A stretch of 64,000 nucleotides of DNA from a bacterium. GTDB lineage: Bacteria > UBA8248. The notes beneath the pieces were generated by a model. It ran no database searches, was not told the origin of the DNA, and saw only the letters and a list, made by a program, of their open reading frames with translations. Positions 52,028 through 62,011 of this stretch are shown one piece after another. The DNA is taken from assembly GCA_965199855.1 (NCBI GenBank), contig OZ241326.1, forward strand, positions 128,001 to 192,000, in the 5' to 3' direction. Every line of letters starts with the position of its first letter. Within the stretch, counting starts at the first letter, position 1. A program made the position numbers and the translations under genes.

Positions 52028-52176
52028 TATCAATGCGTTAGCCTGAAAATCCCCCGAAATTCCATTATTTTCATTACCGCCTCCCGCTCCCGCGATTCAT
52101 TCAACTCATTAAAAATCAATCCGTTGAAGCGCATCCATCCGCGCGGGAATTGACAAAGCGCGTGTTTTCATATACT
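52028..52176 (+). promoter_or_regulatory. AT-rich divergent promoter region with two IHF-consensus sites
   Basis: TATCAATGCGTTA (52028) and AATCAATCCGTTG (52114) match WATCAANNNNTTR; TTGACA at 52150. Confidence 0.55.
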
Positions 52177-52279
52177 TATATCCCGCTTTCAGAATTTGCG
52201 TTGCATGGAGCCACCCTGAGCGCATGGTGATTCGCTAATCCCGTCTTCCCCGCTTCAGAGGGCTGTCCACAACTCCCAA

Positions 52280-54379
52280 ATGGCCAAATCCGCTTCGTCC
52301 TCCACGTCAAGAAAGCGAATCGTCGCCGCCATCGACATCGGGGGCACGTTCACCGACATCGCGATTTACAGCCCCTCGAACGGCAGAACGGCCGTGGGCA
52401 AATACCTCACGACCCCGAACGACCCCTCCATCGGCGCGCTCGCGGGTCTGCGGACGCTGCTTGACGAGGAGAAGCTGCGCTTCCGCGACCTGGGCCAGGC
52501 GATTCATGCCACCACCCTCGCCACCAACGCCATCATCGAGAAGAAGGGAGCGACCACGGGCCTTCTCGCCACCAAGGGGTTCGCCGACATTCTCCTGATG
52601 GGCCGCGAATCGAGATACGACATCTACGACATCGTGCCCGAATTTCCGGAGCCTCTGGTGCCCGGCCCCTTCCGGCGCGAGCTGACCGAGAGAATCTCCG
52701 CGGCCGGCGACATTCTCCAGCCGCTGAGCGCCCAGGAGGTGAAGGTAACGATTCAGGAGCTCGTCGAGAAGGGGGCGGAATCCATCGCGGTCTGCCTCCT
52801 GCATTCCTACGCCAACCCGGCGCACGAGGACGAAGTCGGCGAGGCGATAGCCCAGTCGTTCCCCGGCGTGAGCTTCAGCCTCTCCTCCCAGGTGTGCCCG
52901 GAGATCAGGGAATACGAGCGCACCTCCACCACGGTGGCCAACGCCTACATTCAGCCCATCGTCTCGAAATACCTCGAAGACCTCGAAGCGAACCTCGAGA
53001 ACGTCTCGCTCTACATCATGCTCTCGAACGGCGGCGTCGCCACGGCGCAGTCCGCCGGGCGGAGTCCGATACGGATGTTCGAGTCGGGGCCCGCGGCGGG
53101 GGCACTCTCCTCGGCCTACTTCGGCAAGCTCGGCGGGTTCGAGAATCTCGTCGCCTTCGACATGGGCGGCACCACCGCCAAGTCGTGCATCATCGAGAAC
53201 GGCGAGCCGCACCTCTCCGTCCAGTTCGAGATCGCCCGCGTCAGGCGCTTCACCAGGGGCAGCGGAATGCCCATCCAGGCGCCGTGCATCGACCTCATCG
53301 AGGTGGGTGCCGGCGGAGGGAGCATCGCGCGAATCGACGACCTGGGCCTGCTGAAGGTCGGGCCCGAAAGCCAGGGGGCGTTCCCCGGGCCGGCCTGCTA
53401 CGGGCTGGGCGGCGAGGAGCCCACGGTGACCGACGCCGACCTGCTGCTCGGCTACATCAACCCGGAATACTTCCTCGGCGGCGAGATGCCCGTCTCCCCC
53501 GAAGCCGCCTCCGAGGCCATCCGAACGAAGATCGCCGAGCCCCTGAAGATGGAGGAGATCGAGGCGGCCTGGGGCGTTCACGAGCTGGTGAACGAGACCA
53601 TGGCCGCCGCCGCGCGCATCAAGCTCTCCGAGCGCGGCAAGGACCCGCGCAACTTCACCCTCATGGCCACCGGCGGCGCCGGCCCCGTCCACGCCTTCCG
53701 GCTCGCGCGCAAGGTGGGGCTGAAGCGCATCGTCTGCCCGCCGGGGGCGGGCGTGGCCTCCAGCCTGGGGCTGCACACCGTCCCCTTCAAGGTGGACGCC
53801 GTGGACAGCCGGGTGATGCCGCTCGAGGAGGTGAACCTCCCCCGGCTGAACGACACGCTCAACCGGCGGGAGAAGCGGATCCGCGAGGTGCTCATCGACG
53901 CGGGCGCGAAGGAGCGCGACATCCGCATCCAGCGCATGGCCGACATCAGCTTCGAGGGACAGGGCTTCCCGCTCACCATTCCCATCCCCGGCGGACGCCT
54001 GAAGAAGAGCCACTTCGGGGTGATCAGCGACACCTACCGGGAGCACTACGCCTCCGCCCACGGGCGCGCCATCAAGGAGGTGCCGCTCCAGGTGTTCGGC
54101 TGGCGCATCTTCGGCATGGGGCCGGAGCCCGGCGTGACCTTCCGCTTCTCGAACCTGCGGGAGAAGGGCGTGAAGACCGCCCAGAAGGGCAGCCGGCGCA
54201 TCTACATGCCGGAGAACAAGGGCTTCCGCAAGGTCAACGTATTCGACCGCTATCTGCTGAAGCCGGGCCAGAGGCTCAAGGGCCCCGCGCTCATAGAGGA
54301 GCGGATGACGACGACGGTCGTCGGGCCGCGCTCGAACTTCCAGGTCGATAAATTCCAGAACCTGATCATCGAACTCTAG
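52280..54379 (+). CDS. Hydantoinase/oxoprolinase subunit A
   Basis: IDIGGTFTD, HATTLATNA, ESGPAAG, DMGGTTAK. Confidence 0.93.
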   Translation: MAKSASSSTSRKRIVAAIDIGGTFTDIAIYSPSNGRTAVGKYLTTPNDPSIGALAGLRTLLDEEKLRFRDLGQAIHATTLATNAIIEKKGATTGLLATKGFADILLMGRESRYDIYDIVPEFPEPLVPGPFRRELTERISAAGDILQPLSAQEVKVTIQELVEKGAESIAVCLLHSYANPAHEDEVGEAIAQSFPGVSFSLSSQVCPEIREYERTSTTVANAYIQPIVSKYLEDLEANLENVSLYIMLSNGGVATAQSAGRSPIRMFESGPAAGALSSAYFGKLGGFENLVAFDMGGTTAKSCIIENGEPHLSVQFEIARVRRFTRGSGMPIQAPCIDLIEVGAGGGSIARIDDLGLLKVGPESQGAFPGPACYGLGGEEPTVTDADLLLGYINPEYFLGGEMPVSPEAASEAIRTKIAEPLKMEEIEAAWGVHELVNETMAAAARIKLSERGKDPRNFTLMATGGAGPVHAFRLARKVGLKRIVCPPGAGVASSLGLHTVPFKVDAVDSRVMPLEEVNLPRLNDTLNRREKRIREVLIDAGAKERDIRIQRMADISFEGQGFPLTIPIPGGRLKKSHFGVISDTYREHYASAHGRAIKEVPLQVFGWRIFGMGPEPGVTFRFSNLREKGVKTAQKGSRRIYMPENKGFRKVNVFDRYLLKPGQRLKGPALIEERMTTTVVGPRSNFQVDKFQNLIIEL

Positions 54380-54392
54380 GGGAGGCGCGGAC

Positions 54393-56054
54393 ATGGCCCG
54401 CAAGGGCATTGATTCGATCACGCTGGAGGTTCTCTGGAACCGGCTCATCGCCATCGCCGAGGAGGCGGCCACCGAAATCGTGCGCACCGCCTTCTCCACG
54501 ACGATACGCGAATCGAGAAACTTCGCCGTCCTCATCCTGAACCCGGCCGGGCAGTCCATCGCCCAGGCGCGCTCCACCATGCCCAGCTTCGTGGGTGCGC
54601 TGCCCATCACGGCGAAAAAGCTGCTCGAGATGTTCCCGCCCGAAACGCTCGCCCCCGACGACCTCATCCTCACGAACGACCCCTGGATGGGAACCGGCCA
54701 CCTGCAGGACCTCGCCTCCCTCACGCCCGTGTTCTACAGGAAGCGGCTGGTCGCCCTCATCGGCATCACCACCCAGGTGACGGACATGGGCGGCAAGCTG
54801 CGCTCCCCGGAGGTGCGGGAGATATACGAGGAGGGCCTCCAGCTCCCCCCCTGCAAATACATGTCGGCGGGCCACGTCAACGAGGACATCCTGCGCATCA
54901 TCCGCCACAACGTGCGCGTGCCGAACCAGGTGGAGGGCGACCTGATCTCCCACATGTCCGCCGGGCGGCTCGCCGCCAGGCGCATCGGCGAGATGCTCGG
55001 GGAATACAGGCTCGCCGACCTCGAGGCGCCGGCCGCCACCATCTTCCAGCGCTCGGAAAACGCCATGCGCGAGGCCGTCAAGAAGGTGAAGGACGGCGAA
55101 TACCGCTTCCAGGTGTCCACCGACGGCTACGACGAGCCGCTGGTCATCCGCGTGGAGGTCCGGGTGCGGGGCAGCAGCATCCTGGTGGACTACACGGGCT
55201 CCTCCCCGCAGGTGGACCGCGGCCTCAACTGCGTCCTCAACTACGTCTATTCCTATTCCGCCTACTCCCTCAAATGCCTGTTCTGCCCCCAGGTTCCCAA
55301 CAACGAGGGCAACTTCCGCCCCGTGACGGTCTCGGCGCCCGAGGGCAGCATCCTGAACCCGCGCTATCCCGCGCCCGTGAACGGCCGCTCCATGGTCGGG
55401 CACTTCATTCCCTCGGCGATCTTCGGCGCGCTGTGCAAGGCGGTTCCCGGCCTCGCGCAGGCGGCCAGCGGCAGCCCCACCTGGGCCATCAACGCGGCGG
55501 GCGTCGCGAAGGAGAGCCGCCGCTTCGCCGGCAACTTCTTCCTGCACGGCGGACAGGGCGCGGCGGACGGGAGCGACGGGCGCGTGTGCCTCGACTTCCC
55601 CTCGAACACCTCGAACACGCCCATCGAAATCCTCGAGCACCTCGTCCCCCTGCTCGTGGAGAGAAAGGCGTCCATCCGCGACAGCGGCGGGGCGGGCAAA
55701 TACGCCGGCGGAAACGGCCAGCAGGTCATCGTGAAGTCGCTCTCCGACGGCCCGATTCTCCTCACCTTCATGAGCGAGCGCACCCGCTACCCCGCCTACG
55801 GGCTTTTCGGCGGGAAGAACGGGCGCGTCGGCAAGGTGACCCTGAACGGACGCCCCATCAACCCCAAGCGCCAGTGGATGATGAACCAGAGCGACCGCCT
55901 CGTCCTGGAGGTTCCGAGCGGGGGCGGCTACGGCGACCCGAAGGATCGCCCCCCGGACGCCGTCGAGCACGACCTGAAGGAGGGCCTGCTCTCCGTCCAG
56001 AAGGCCAGGGCCGAATACAACTACGACGGCGACTTCACCGCCGCCGACGCCTAG
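54393..56054 (+). CDS. Hydantoinase B/oxoprolinase subunit
   Basis: NDPWMGTGHLQD, DSGGAGKYAGG, GGGYGDP. Confidence 0.93.
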   Translation: MARKGIDSITLEVLWNRLIAIAEEAATEIVRTAFSTTIRESRNFAVLILNPAGQSIAQARSTMPSFVGALPITAKKLLEMFPPETLAPDDLILTNDPWMGTGHLQDLASLTPVFYRKRLVALIGITTQVTDMGGKLRSPEVREIYEEGLQLPPCKYMSAGHVNEDILRIIRHNVRVPNQVEGDLISHMSAGRLAARRIGEMLGEYRLADLEAPAATIFQRSENAMREAVKKVKDGEYRFQVSTDGYDEPLVIRVEVRVRGSSILVDYTGSSPQVDRGLNCVLNYVYSYSAYSLKCLFCPQVPNNEGNFRPVTVSAPEGSILNPRYPAPVNGRSMVGHFIPSAIFGALCKAVPGLAQAASGSPTWAINAAGVAKESRRFAGNFFLHGGQGAADGSDGRVCLDFPSNTSNTPIEILEHLVPLLVERKASIRDSGGAGKYAGGNGQQVIVKSLSDGPILLTFMSERTRYPAYGLFGGKNGRVGKVTLNGRPINPKRQWMMNQSDRLVLEVPSGGGYGDPKDRPPDAVEHDLKEGLLSVQKARAEYNYDGDFTAADA

Positions 56055-56062
56055 GCGCCTCC

Positions 56063-57070
56063 GTGCCCCCCCGAAAGCCGTGGGTGGCCGTCGCCTCCAC
56101 GCCCGACCTGCCCGTCGCCATGCCGCCCGTCAGGAAGGCGCTGGCGGGGGTCGCGCCCGTCCGCGCCGTGGCGCTCCCCTTCCGGCCGCTCGGCGAGAAG
56201 GAGGAGGCCGCCTTCGCGCGGGAGCTCGCGGGGGCGGCGGGCGTCCTCCTGCGGTCCGGCCGCCTCACCGCCTCCCTGCTCGCGAGGCTTCCCGACCTCC
56301 GCGTGGCGGCCGTGCACGGCGCGGGGGTGGATCAGGTGGACCTGGAGGCGTGCGCGGCGCGCGGCGTGCGCGTCACCAACGCGCCGGGGGCGAACGCGAA
56401 CGCGGTCGCCGAGATGACGCTGGGCCTCATGCTCTCGCTCGCCAGGCGCATCCCGCAGGCGGCGGCGCGCGTGGGCGGCGAGCGCGTCTGGGGAGAGGCG
56501 CGCCACGCGGGCGTCGAGCTCCGGGGAAGGACGCTGGGGCTCGTGGGCCTGGGGCAGGTGGGGAGCCGGCTGGCGAAGCTGGCGGGCGCGATGGGGATGA
56601 AAGTCCTCGCCCGCGATCCGGGCCTCGCCCGCGAGGAAATCCGGGCGCGCGGGGCGCGGCCCGCCGGGTTCGACGCCCTGCTGCGCCGGGCGGACTTCCT
56701 CTCCCTTCACGCGCCCCTCGCGCCCGGGACGCGCCGCCTCATCGACGCGCGCGCCCTCGCGCGGATGAAGAAGGGCGCGTTCCTCGTCAACGCCGCCCGC
56801 GGCCCGCTGGTGGACGAGCGGGCGCTCGCGCGCGCCCTCCGGAGCGGACGACTCGCCGGCGCCGCGCTCGACGTGCTGGAAGGCGAGCCGCCCGACCCCC
56901 GAAGCCCCATCTTCGACGCGCCGGGCCTCATCCTCACCCCGCACATGGCGGGCTCCACGCGGGAGTGCCTGGAGGCCGTCGCCGCCCGCGCGGGCGCGGA
57001 CATCGCGCGCGTCCTCACGGGCCGAAGACCCAGACACCCCGTGAGCGCGCCCGAGCGAAAGCCCGCCTGA
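56063..57070 (+). CDS. D-isomer-specific 2-hydroxyacid dehydrogenase (SerA-like)
   Basis: GAGVDQVD, GLGQVG, NAARG, LDVLEGEP, TPHMAG. Confidence 0.9.
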   Translation: MPPRKPWVAVASTPDLPVAMPPVRKALAGVAPVRAVALPFRPLGEKEEAAFARELAGAAGVLLRSGRLTASLLARLPDLRVAAVHGAGVDQVDLEACAARGVRVTNAPGANANAVAEMTLGLMLSLARRIPQAAARVGGERVWGEARHAGVELRGRTLGLVGLGQVGSRLAKLAGAMGMKVLARDPGLAREEIRARGARPAGFDALLRRADFLSLHAPLAPGTRRLIDARALARMKKGAFLVNAARGPLVDERALARALRSGRLAGAALDVLEGEPPDPRSPIFDAPGLILTPHMAGSTRECLEAVAARAGADIARVLTGRRPRHPVSAPERKPA

Positions 57071-57213
57071 GCCGCCCGGCCGCCGGATGAGCGGCGCCGC
57101 CTCCGAAAGCGCTCCCGATTCGCCCGAAATCGCCCCCTGCCGTCGCCGCCGATTTTCTCAACCTATTGTAAATGCTTCGGTTTCGCTTATGCGCCGCGCC
57201 CCGAAGGGGGCGT

Positions 57214-57297
57214 GAATTTGTCGAAAAAGGTCGTGAATTTGCGGGATAAAGCTTTGAATTTGCGGAAAAAGGCCAGGAATTTGTCGAAAAAGCCCGT
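57214..57297. repeat. 4 x 21-bp degenerate tandem repeat (GAATTTG core)
   Basis: GAATTTG starts at 57214, 57235, 57256, 57277, each followed by an A tract. Confidence 0.85.
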
Positions 57298-57756
57298 CCA
57301 TGCGCTCGCCATCGCCCGCTTCCGCAAAGCGCGCGGCGGGGGGTCGGGAAGCCCCCGAAGCGGCGGCGGGAGAAGCGCGAAGGCGGACGCCGCCTTCCCG
57401 GGCGATGGGCGGGGGCCTCGCCCGCCTGCGCGGGCTGCGGCGCCGGCCTCCGTCGCCCCGCCCGCCTTCCGTCGCTCCGGGAGCCGCTCGCTTCCCGGCC
57501 TCGGGTCCGCGGGGTCGCGCGCCGGGCGGCCGTCTCCGGCGCGCGCGCATTCTGGCGCGGACGGAAGCGAACCCGAAACGCGCAAATGCGGGCAAATGCG
57601 CGCGAAGGGGGGAATTGTCTTTCCCGCGCGCTTGTTTTAGAATGGCGACAGCGCATTTGACGCGCGCTGAGCATGTCATCGCCCTTACAGGAAAGAGAAA
57701 TGCGCCCTTGACGCGCCGCCTCCGGCGCTTCGCCCTCGCAGGCAGCGGATGAAAGA

Positions 57757-59106
57757 ATGACGGATCGGGCGATTCTCGATATCCCGGCGATGGAGGCTTC
57801 GCGGGAACTCCGCGCCCCGCAGGCGGCGGCGCCCGATTCCCTTCATCCCTTCCGATACGAACACCCCGACCACGAGAGCCTCCCGCACGTCGTGAAGTTC
57901 TCCGGCGGCCGGACGAGCGGGATGCTGCTGCTCCTTCTTCTCGAGGCGAGCCTCCTGAAGGCGGAGCGCGGCGACGTGGTCGTCTTCAACAACACCTCGG
58001 CGGAGCATCCCAAAACCTATGAATTCGCCCGCCGCTGCAAGGAGTTCGCCGAGCGGAAGCACGGCCTCCCCTTCTTCTGGCTGGAATACCAGACCTACGA
58101 GGACGCCAGGGGCGGCGAATATACGCGCCTTCCGTCCTGGCGCCTCGTGAACGCCGAGCCCCGCTCGGAGTCGAACCCGGAAGGCTATCACTGGCGGGGA
58201 GAGGTGTATGAGGAGCTGCTGTCGTGGACGGGCTTCGTCCCCAATCTCTTTCAGCGCACCTGCACGCAAAGCCTGAAGCTGGAGACGACCCGCGCCTTCC
58301 TCAAGGAATGGTTCGCCGACAGGCCCGGAACCGAGCGCCTGGGGCATTTCGGGAAGGCGAGCCGTCTGGAGGACGACGAACTGTATGAGCGCCATCTGCG
58401 CAGCGGCGGCGGCGTGCCCAGGGAGATATTTCTGGAGAAGAAGCGGTTCGCCCGGGAGCGGCCATTTCACAGGCCGGCGCAGCTTTACGCCGATTTTTCC
58501 TCCCCGGCGCGCGGCTTCCAAAGCCCGTATCTGGCCGAAAGCGTCCCGGGAGAGAGCGTCGTCTTCGGAGAGGAGGGGGTGGAGTATCTGAGCTTCGTCG
58601 GTCTGCGGGGCGACGAGCCGCACCGGGTCGCCAGGGTGCGCCGGCGCAACGGCGGCGGGCCGGAATCCGCGGGCTACCGGGGCGAGCGCGCCCGTATGCC
58701 GCTTTTCGACAGGGGCGTCACAAGGGAGGACGTCGAGGATTTCTGGCGAAGGCGGAGCTGGAATCTCGACCTGGATTCCGAAGCCGGCCTTTCCAACTGC
58801 GCCTTCTGCTTTCTGAAGGGCGTCGGCGCGCTTCAGAACGCCCGCGCCGCCCTCGGCGCCGAAGCGGAGGAGGAGCTCAGGGATACGCCCTGCGATTTGA
58901 ACTGGTGGGTGGCGCTGGAGCGAAAATACGGGCGGGATCTGAAAGCCGAAAAGCGGACGACCGCGCGGGAGATTCCCGACGACTTCATCGGATTCTTCGG
59001 CGCGTCGAGCGGATTTTCCTACCGACGGCTGGCGGAGGCGCCGATGACGAAGGGCGCCCTCGCCGAATTCGCGGAAAGCGTCCTGCCCTGTGACTGCACG
59101 GATTGA
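57757..59106 (+). CDS. PAPS-reductase-like/PP-loop (adenine nucleotide alpha hydrolase) protein with Cys clusters
   Basis: FSGGRTS PP-loop, NTSAEHPKTYEF, RTCTQSLK, VGLRGDE, PL, SNCAFCFLK, C-terminal CDCTD. Confidence 0.8.
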   Translation: MTDRAILDIPAMEASRELRAPQAAAPDSLHPFRYEHPDHESLPHVVKFSGGRTSGMLLLLLLEASLLKAERGDVVVFNNTSAEHPKTYEFARRCKEFAERKHGLPFFWLEYQTYEDARGGEYTRLPSWRLVNAEPRSESNPEGYHWRGEVYEELLSWTGFVPNLFQRTCTQSLKLETTRAFLKEWFADRPGTERLGHFGKASRLEDDELYERHLRSGGGVPREIFLEKKRFARERPFHRPAQLYADFSSPARGFQSPYLAESVPGESVVFGEEGVEYLSFVGLRGDEPHRVARVRRRNGGGPESAGYRGERARMPLFDRGVTREDVEDFWRRRSWNLDLDSEAGLSNCAFCFLKGVGALQNARAALGAEAEEELRDTPCDLNWWVALERKYGRDLKAEKRTTAREIPDDFIGFFGASSGFSYRRLAEAPMTKGALAEFAESVLPCDCTD

Positions 59107-59145
59107 GGCCCGCTCGCGCGACAGGCGGCAAGGAGACCCTATTCA

Positions 59146-61164
59146 ATGAAAAAGCGAAGCCGGAGGAAAGGCGGAAAAGCGAAGCGGCCCAATCTACAGC
59201 GGCCCGACCTCCGGTTTGGGCCCGGGGACTTGTCCGGCTTCACCGCCGCGGGAGTCGCCGGGTTTCACGAGCTCAACCCGGCGACGGTCGTCAGGGAACT
59301 TCTGCAGAACTCCCTTGACGCGGCGCGCGAGGCGGGACGAGACGTCGCCCGCATCCGCTTCGAGGTCGAAAAGCGCGCCCTCGATTCGGTTCCCGGCATC
59401 GAGTCTTATCGATCGGCATTCAGGCGAGCGATAGAAGACCAGGAAAAACTCCTGGGCGGAAAGCTGCAGGATACGGCGACGGGAATCGCGCGCGCCATGG
59501 AAGACTGCCTGAAGTCCGGCGAATGCGAGACGCTTTTCGTGCTGGACAACGGCATCGGCCTGGATGAGAGCAGAATGCGAGGCTTGCTCGGCGACGGCCT
59601 GAGCGTCAAGGGCGACGCGGGAACCGGCGCTCTCGGCAACGGACATCTGACGGTCGTGCCGGCGTCCGACCTGCGCTACGTTCTCTACGGCGGACGGACG
59701 GAGGACGGAGAGATCATCGGAGCGGGCCACGCGGTTCTGGCTTCCCACCAGCGAGAGGGCAAGCGCAAAAGCAAGGACGGATTCTACGTCAAGGCTATCC
59801 GCGAAGATTTTTTCGAGCCTTACGTGTTTCCCCGAAACGGCGAGGTTCCCGACTACGTAAAAGCGAAGCTGGAATGGATCGCGGCGAACTGGGAGCCGGG
59901 CGCGGGCGCCGTGGTGGCCGTTCCCGGCTTCAACCGCTTCCGCGCGGAGGAAGACTCGCTGTGGGACATGGCGTCGAAGGCCGCCGCGTGCAACTTCTTC
60001 GCCGCGTTCGCAAAGGGAGAACTGCGCGTCGAGCTTCGGGAAAACGGCGAGGAAAAATCGCTGGACAAGTCGAACATAGGCGAGACTTTGGAGAAATTCA
60101 GCGACGAGAAGCGAACGCGCGGCGGCTTTCTGAGCGGATCAAGAGCGCTCGCCGCCTTCGAGACGATAGAAAAAGGCGAAGACGTTTCGGTCGACGCCGG
60201 GACCGGGCGAATTTCCATGCGCTGGCGCGAACCGCCCCAGGGCGGCCTTTCCAGAGTCGAACTCTGTCGAAACGGCATGTATATCACCGACGATTTGCCC
60301 AGGCTCCAAAGGGCCCGATTTGCGGATTTCAAGCCGTTTCATTGCGTGATTCTGCTGGACTCGAACGATGGCGAGATTCATCGACTCGTACGCAAGGCGG
60401 AAGGCCCGCTGCACAATCGCCTGGAAGCCAGAAAATGGCTCTTCAAGGAGGAAAAAGCCGCGCTGGACAAAGCGATGAAAGCCGTTTTTTCCAAGCTGCG
60501 AGAAATCCTTCCGAGACACGACGCGGAAGAATTCGAGATAGCGGACGTGATGGCGATTGACGCAAGCGGCATCTCCTCCGGCGGACGCCGGCCGCGCATG
60601 GTCGGGCGTTTCGGAGAGGTGCGGAGGCGGCCGCGCTTTCCAAAGGAAACGGACGAGGGAGAGGAAAGGGAGGTCGGCCCCGGGCCCGTCGACGATCCGA
60701 AAGGCGCGGGCAAGGGCGGAGGGGTCAATCCCGGCCGGCGGGGACGCGGGACTTTCCGCCGCTCGGGCAGCGCCATTCCGTTCAGCGCGCTTGCGATCCC
60801 CGTCGGGAAGCGCTCCTGCCGCGTCGATCTTCGCCCCGGCGAGAAGACCGCCGGAAGCGAGGCGCGGTTCGCCCTCGACGAGAGCCTGGACGAGAGCTGC
60901 GGCGCTTTCGGGTCGGAAGAATTCGCGGAGATCAGGAACGTGAGAATAGACGGCGCGCCCGCGTCCGAAGCCATGCTGACGCTTGACGAGGAAGGCCGGG
61001 CGCTCGGCGTCCGGCTCGGCGCGCTCGACCCGGAAAAGGAGATCCGGATCGAATTCGACTACGCACCGCCCGCGAGCCTTCATCTGGCGGACGACATGCC
61101 GGTTGTCCTGAATACGCAGCTGATTCGCCGGAAAGCGGCTTCTGAAAAGCGGGAGTCCCCGTGA
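59146..61164 (+). CDS. GHKL (HATPase/MORC-like) ATPase-domain protein
   Basis: N-box RELLQNSLDA, G1 DNGIGL, G2 GTGALGNG; AAGGAG RBS. Confidence 0.75.
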   Translation: MKKRSRRKGGKAKRPNLQRPDLRFGPGDLSGFTAAGVAGFHELNPATVVRELLQNSLDAAREAGRDVARIRFEVEKRALDSVPGIESYRSAFRRAIEDQEKLLGGKLQDTATGIARAMEDCLKSGECETLFVLDNGIGLDESRMRGLLGDGLSVKGDAGTGALGNGHLTVVPASDLRYVLYGGRTEDGEIIGAGHAVLASHQREGKRKSKDGFYVKAIREDFFEPYVFPRNGEVPDYVKAKLEWIAANWEPGAGAVVAVPGFNRFRAEEDSLWDMASKAAACNFFAAFAKGELRVELRENGEEKSLDKSNIGETLEKFSDEKRTRGGFLSGSRALAAFETIEKGEDVSVDAGTGRISMRWREPPQGGLSRVELCRNGMYITDDLPRLQRARFADFKPFHCVILLDSNDGEIHRLVRKAEGPLHNRLEARKWLFKEEKAALDKAMKAVFSKLREILPRHDAEEFEIADVMAIDASGISSGGRRPRMVGRFGEVRRRPRFPKETDEGEEREVGPGPVDDPKGAGKGGGVNPGRRGRGTFRRSGSAIPFSALAIPVGKRSCRVDLRPGEKTAGSEARFALDESLDESCGAFGSEEFAEIRNVRIDGAPASEAMLTLDEEGRALGVRLGALDPEKEIRIEFDYAPPASLHLADDMPVVLNTQLIRRKAASEKRESP

Positions 61165-62003
61165 TGGCGCGGGTCGGAGAACTCGTCCGCTCCCTTCCCT
61201 ATCCCGCCATCGAGGACGGCAACCTCTCCTTTCCCGAAGGCGAGTATCTGGCCGATGCGACGCCGCAGCGAGGCGAGGCTTCGGCGCTCCTCAGCCACGA
61301 GATAAGGGGCGCGCCTTTTCTCGAGCGCCTGATTTCCGAGGGCGAGGCCAGATACGGCTGCCTGGTTTCCGTGCCGGCGACGGGATACAGAAAACTGCAT
61401 TTGTCGGACGAGGCGCGCCAGCTCGTGGAGTGGGACACGGGCGTGGTGGGCGAGCCGCCCATGCTGCGCCCTCTGGTCGTCGCCGTCGCCGAGATTTCCC
61501 GCGTCCCGGGGCCGGAGGACGGGGTGGCGGAGGCGTGGCGGGGACGGAAGCTCATCATTCCCAAGGGGGCGCGCCTCGCCCTGCATCCCTATTTGCGGCC
61601 GACGGCCTCTCTCCAGCGTCTGCTTCACGCGGTGAAAGACGAGGACTTGCCTGGCGGCTGCTTCGAGGTCAAGCCGTGCGAGGAAAACGGCTTCTACTTC
61701 AAGGTTCACGCGGCGTCCGACCTGTTTCCCTTCCTGCAAAACGCGGGGCGACATCCGCTTCACCGGCGCAGCGTGCTGACGCACGCGGCGAGCAGGTGCC
61801 TCGAGATACTGGCGCGGGATTACGGCGCGGCCGAGGACGGCGAGGACGGCGCGAAATGGGAGCCGTTCCCCAACCTGAAAGCCCTGGCGGATGCGTTCGG
61901 GAAGCGCGGGCTTCAGATGTGGAACGAGGACGGCTTCGCCGCCGACAGGGCGGCGACGCAATGGTATCCCCATCGTCCGCCCGAAGCGGAAGACGGGGAA
62001 TAG
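61164..62003 (+). CDS. Hypothetical protein, translationally coupled to the GHKL gene
   Basis: TGATG stop/start overlap; N-terminal LPYPAI motif; globular composition. Confidence 0.75.
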   Translation: MARVGELVRSLPYPAIEDGNLSFPEGEYLADATPQRGEASALLSHEIRGAPFLERLISEGEARYGCLVSVPATGYRKLHLSDEARQLVEWDTGVVGEPPMLRPLVVAVAEISRVPGPEDGVAEAWRGRKLIIPKGARLALHPYLRPTASLQRLLHAVKDEDLPGGCFEVKPCEENGFYFKVHAASDLFPFLQNAGRHPLHRRSVLTHAASRCLEILARDYGAAEDGEDGAKWEPFPNLKALADAFGKRGLQMWNEDGFAADRAATQWYPHRPPEAEDGE

Positions 62004-62011
62004 GGCGCGCC

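Noticed and set aside
57214-57297. CRISPR array
   Set aside because: Period is only 21 bp, there are no unique spacers of CRISPR length, and no cas genes
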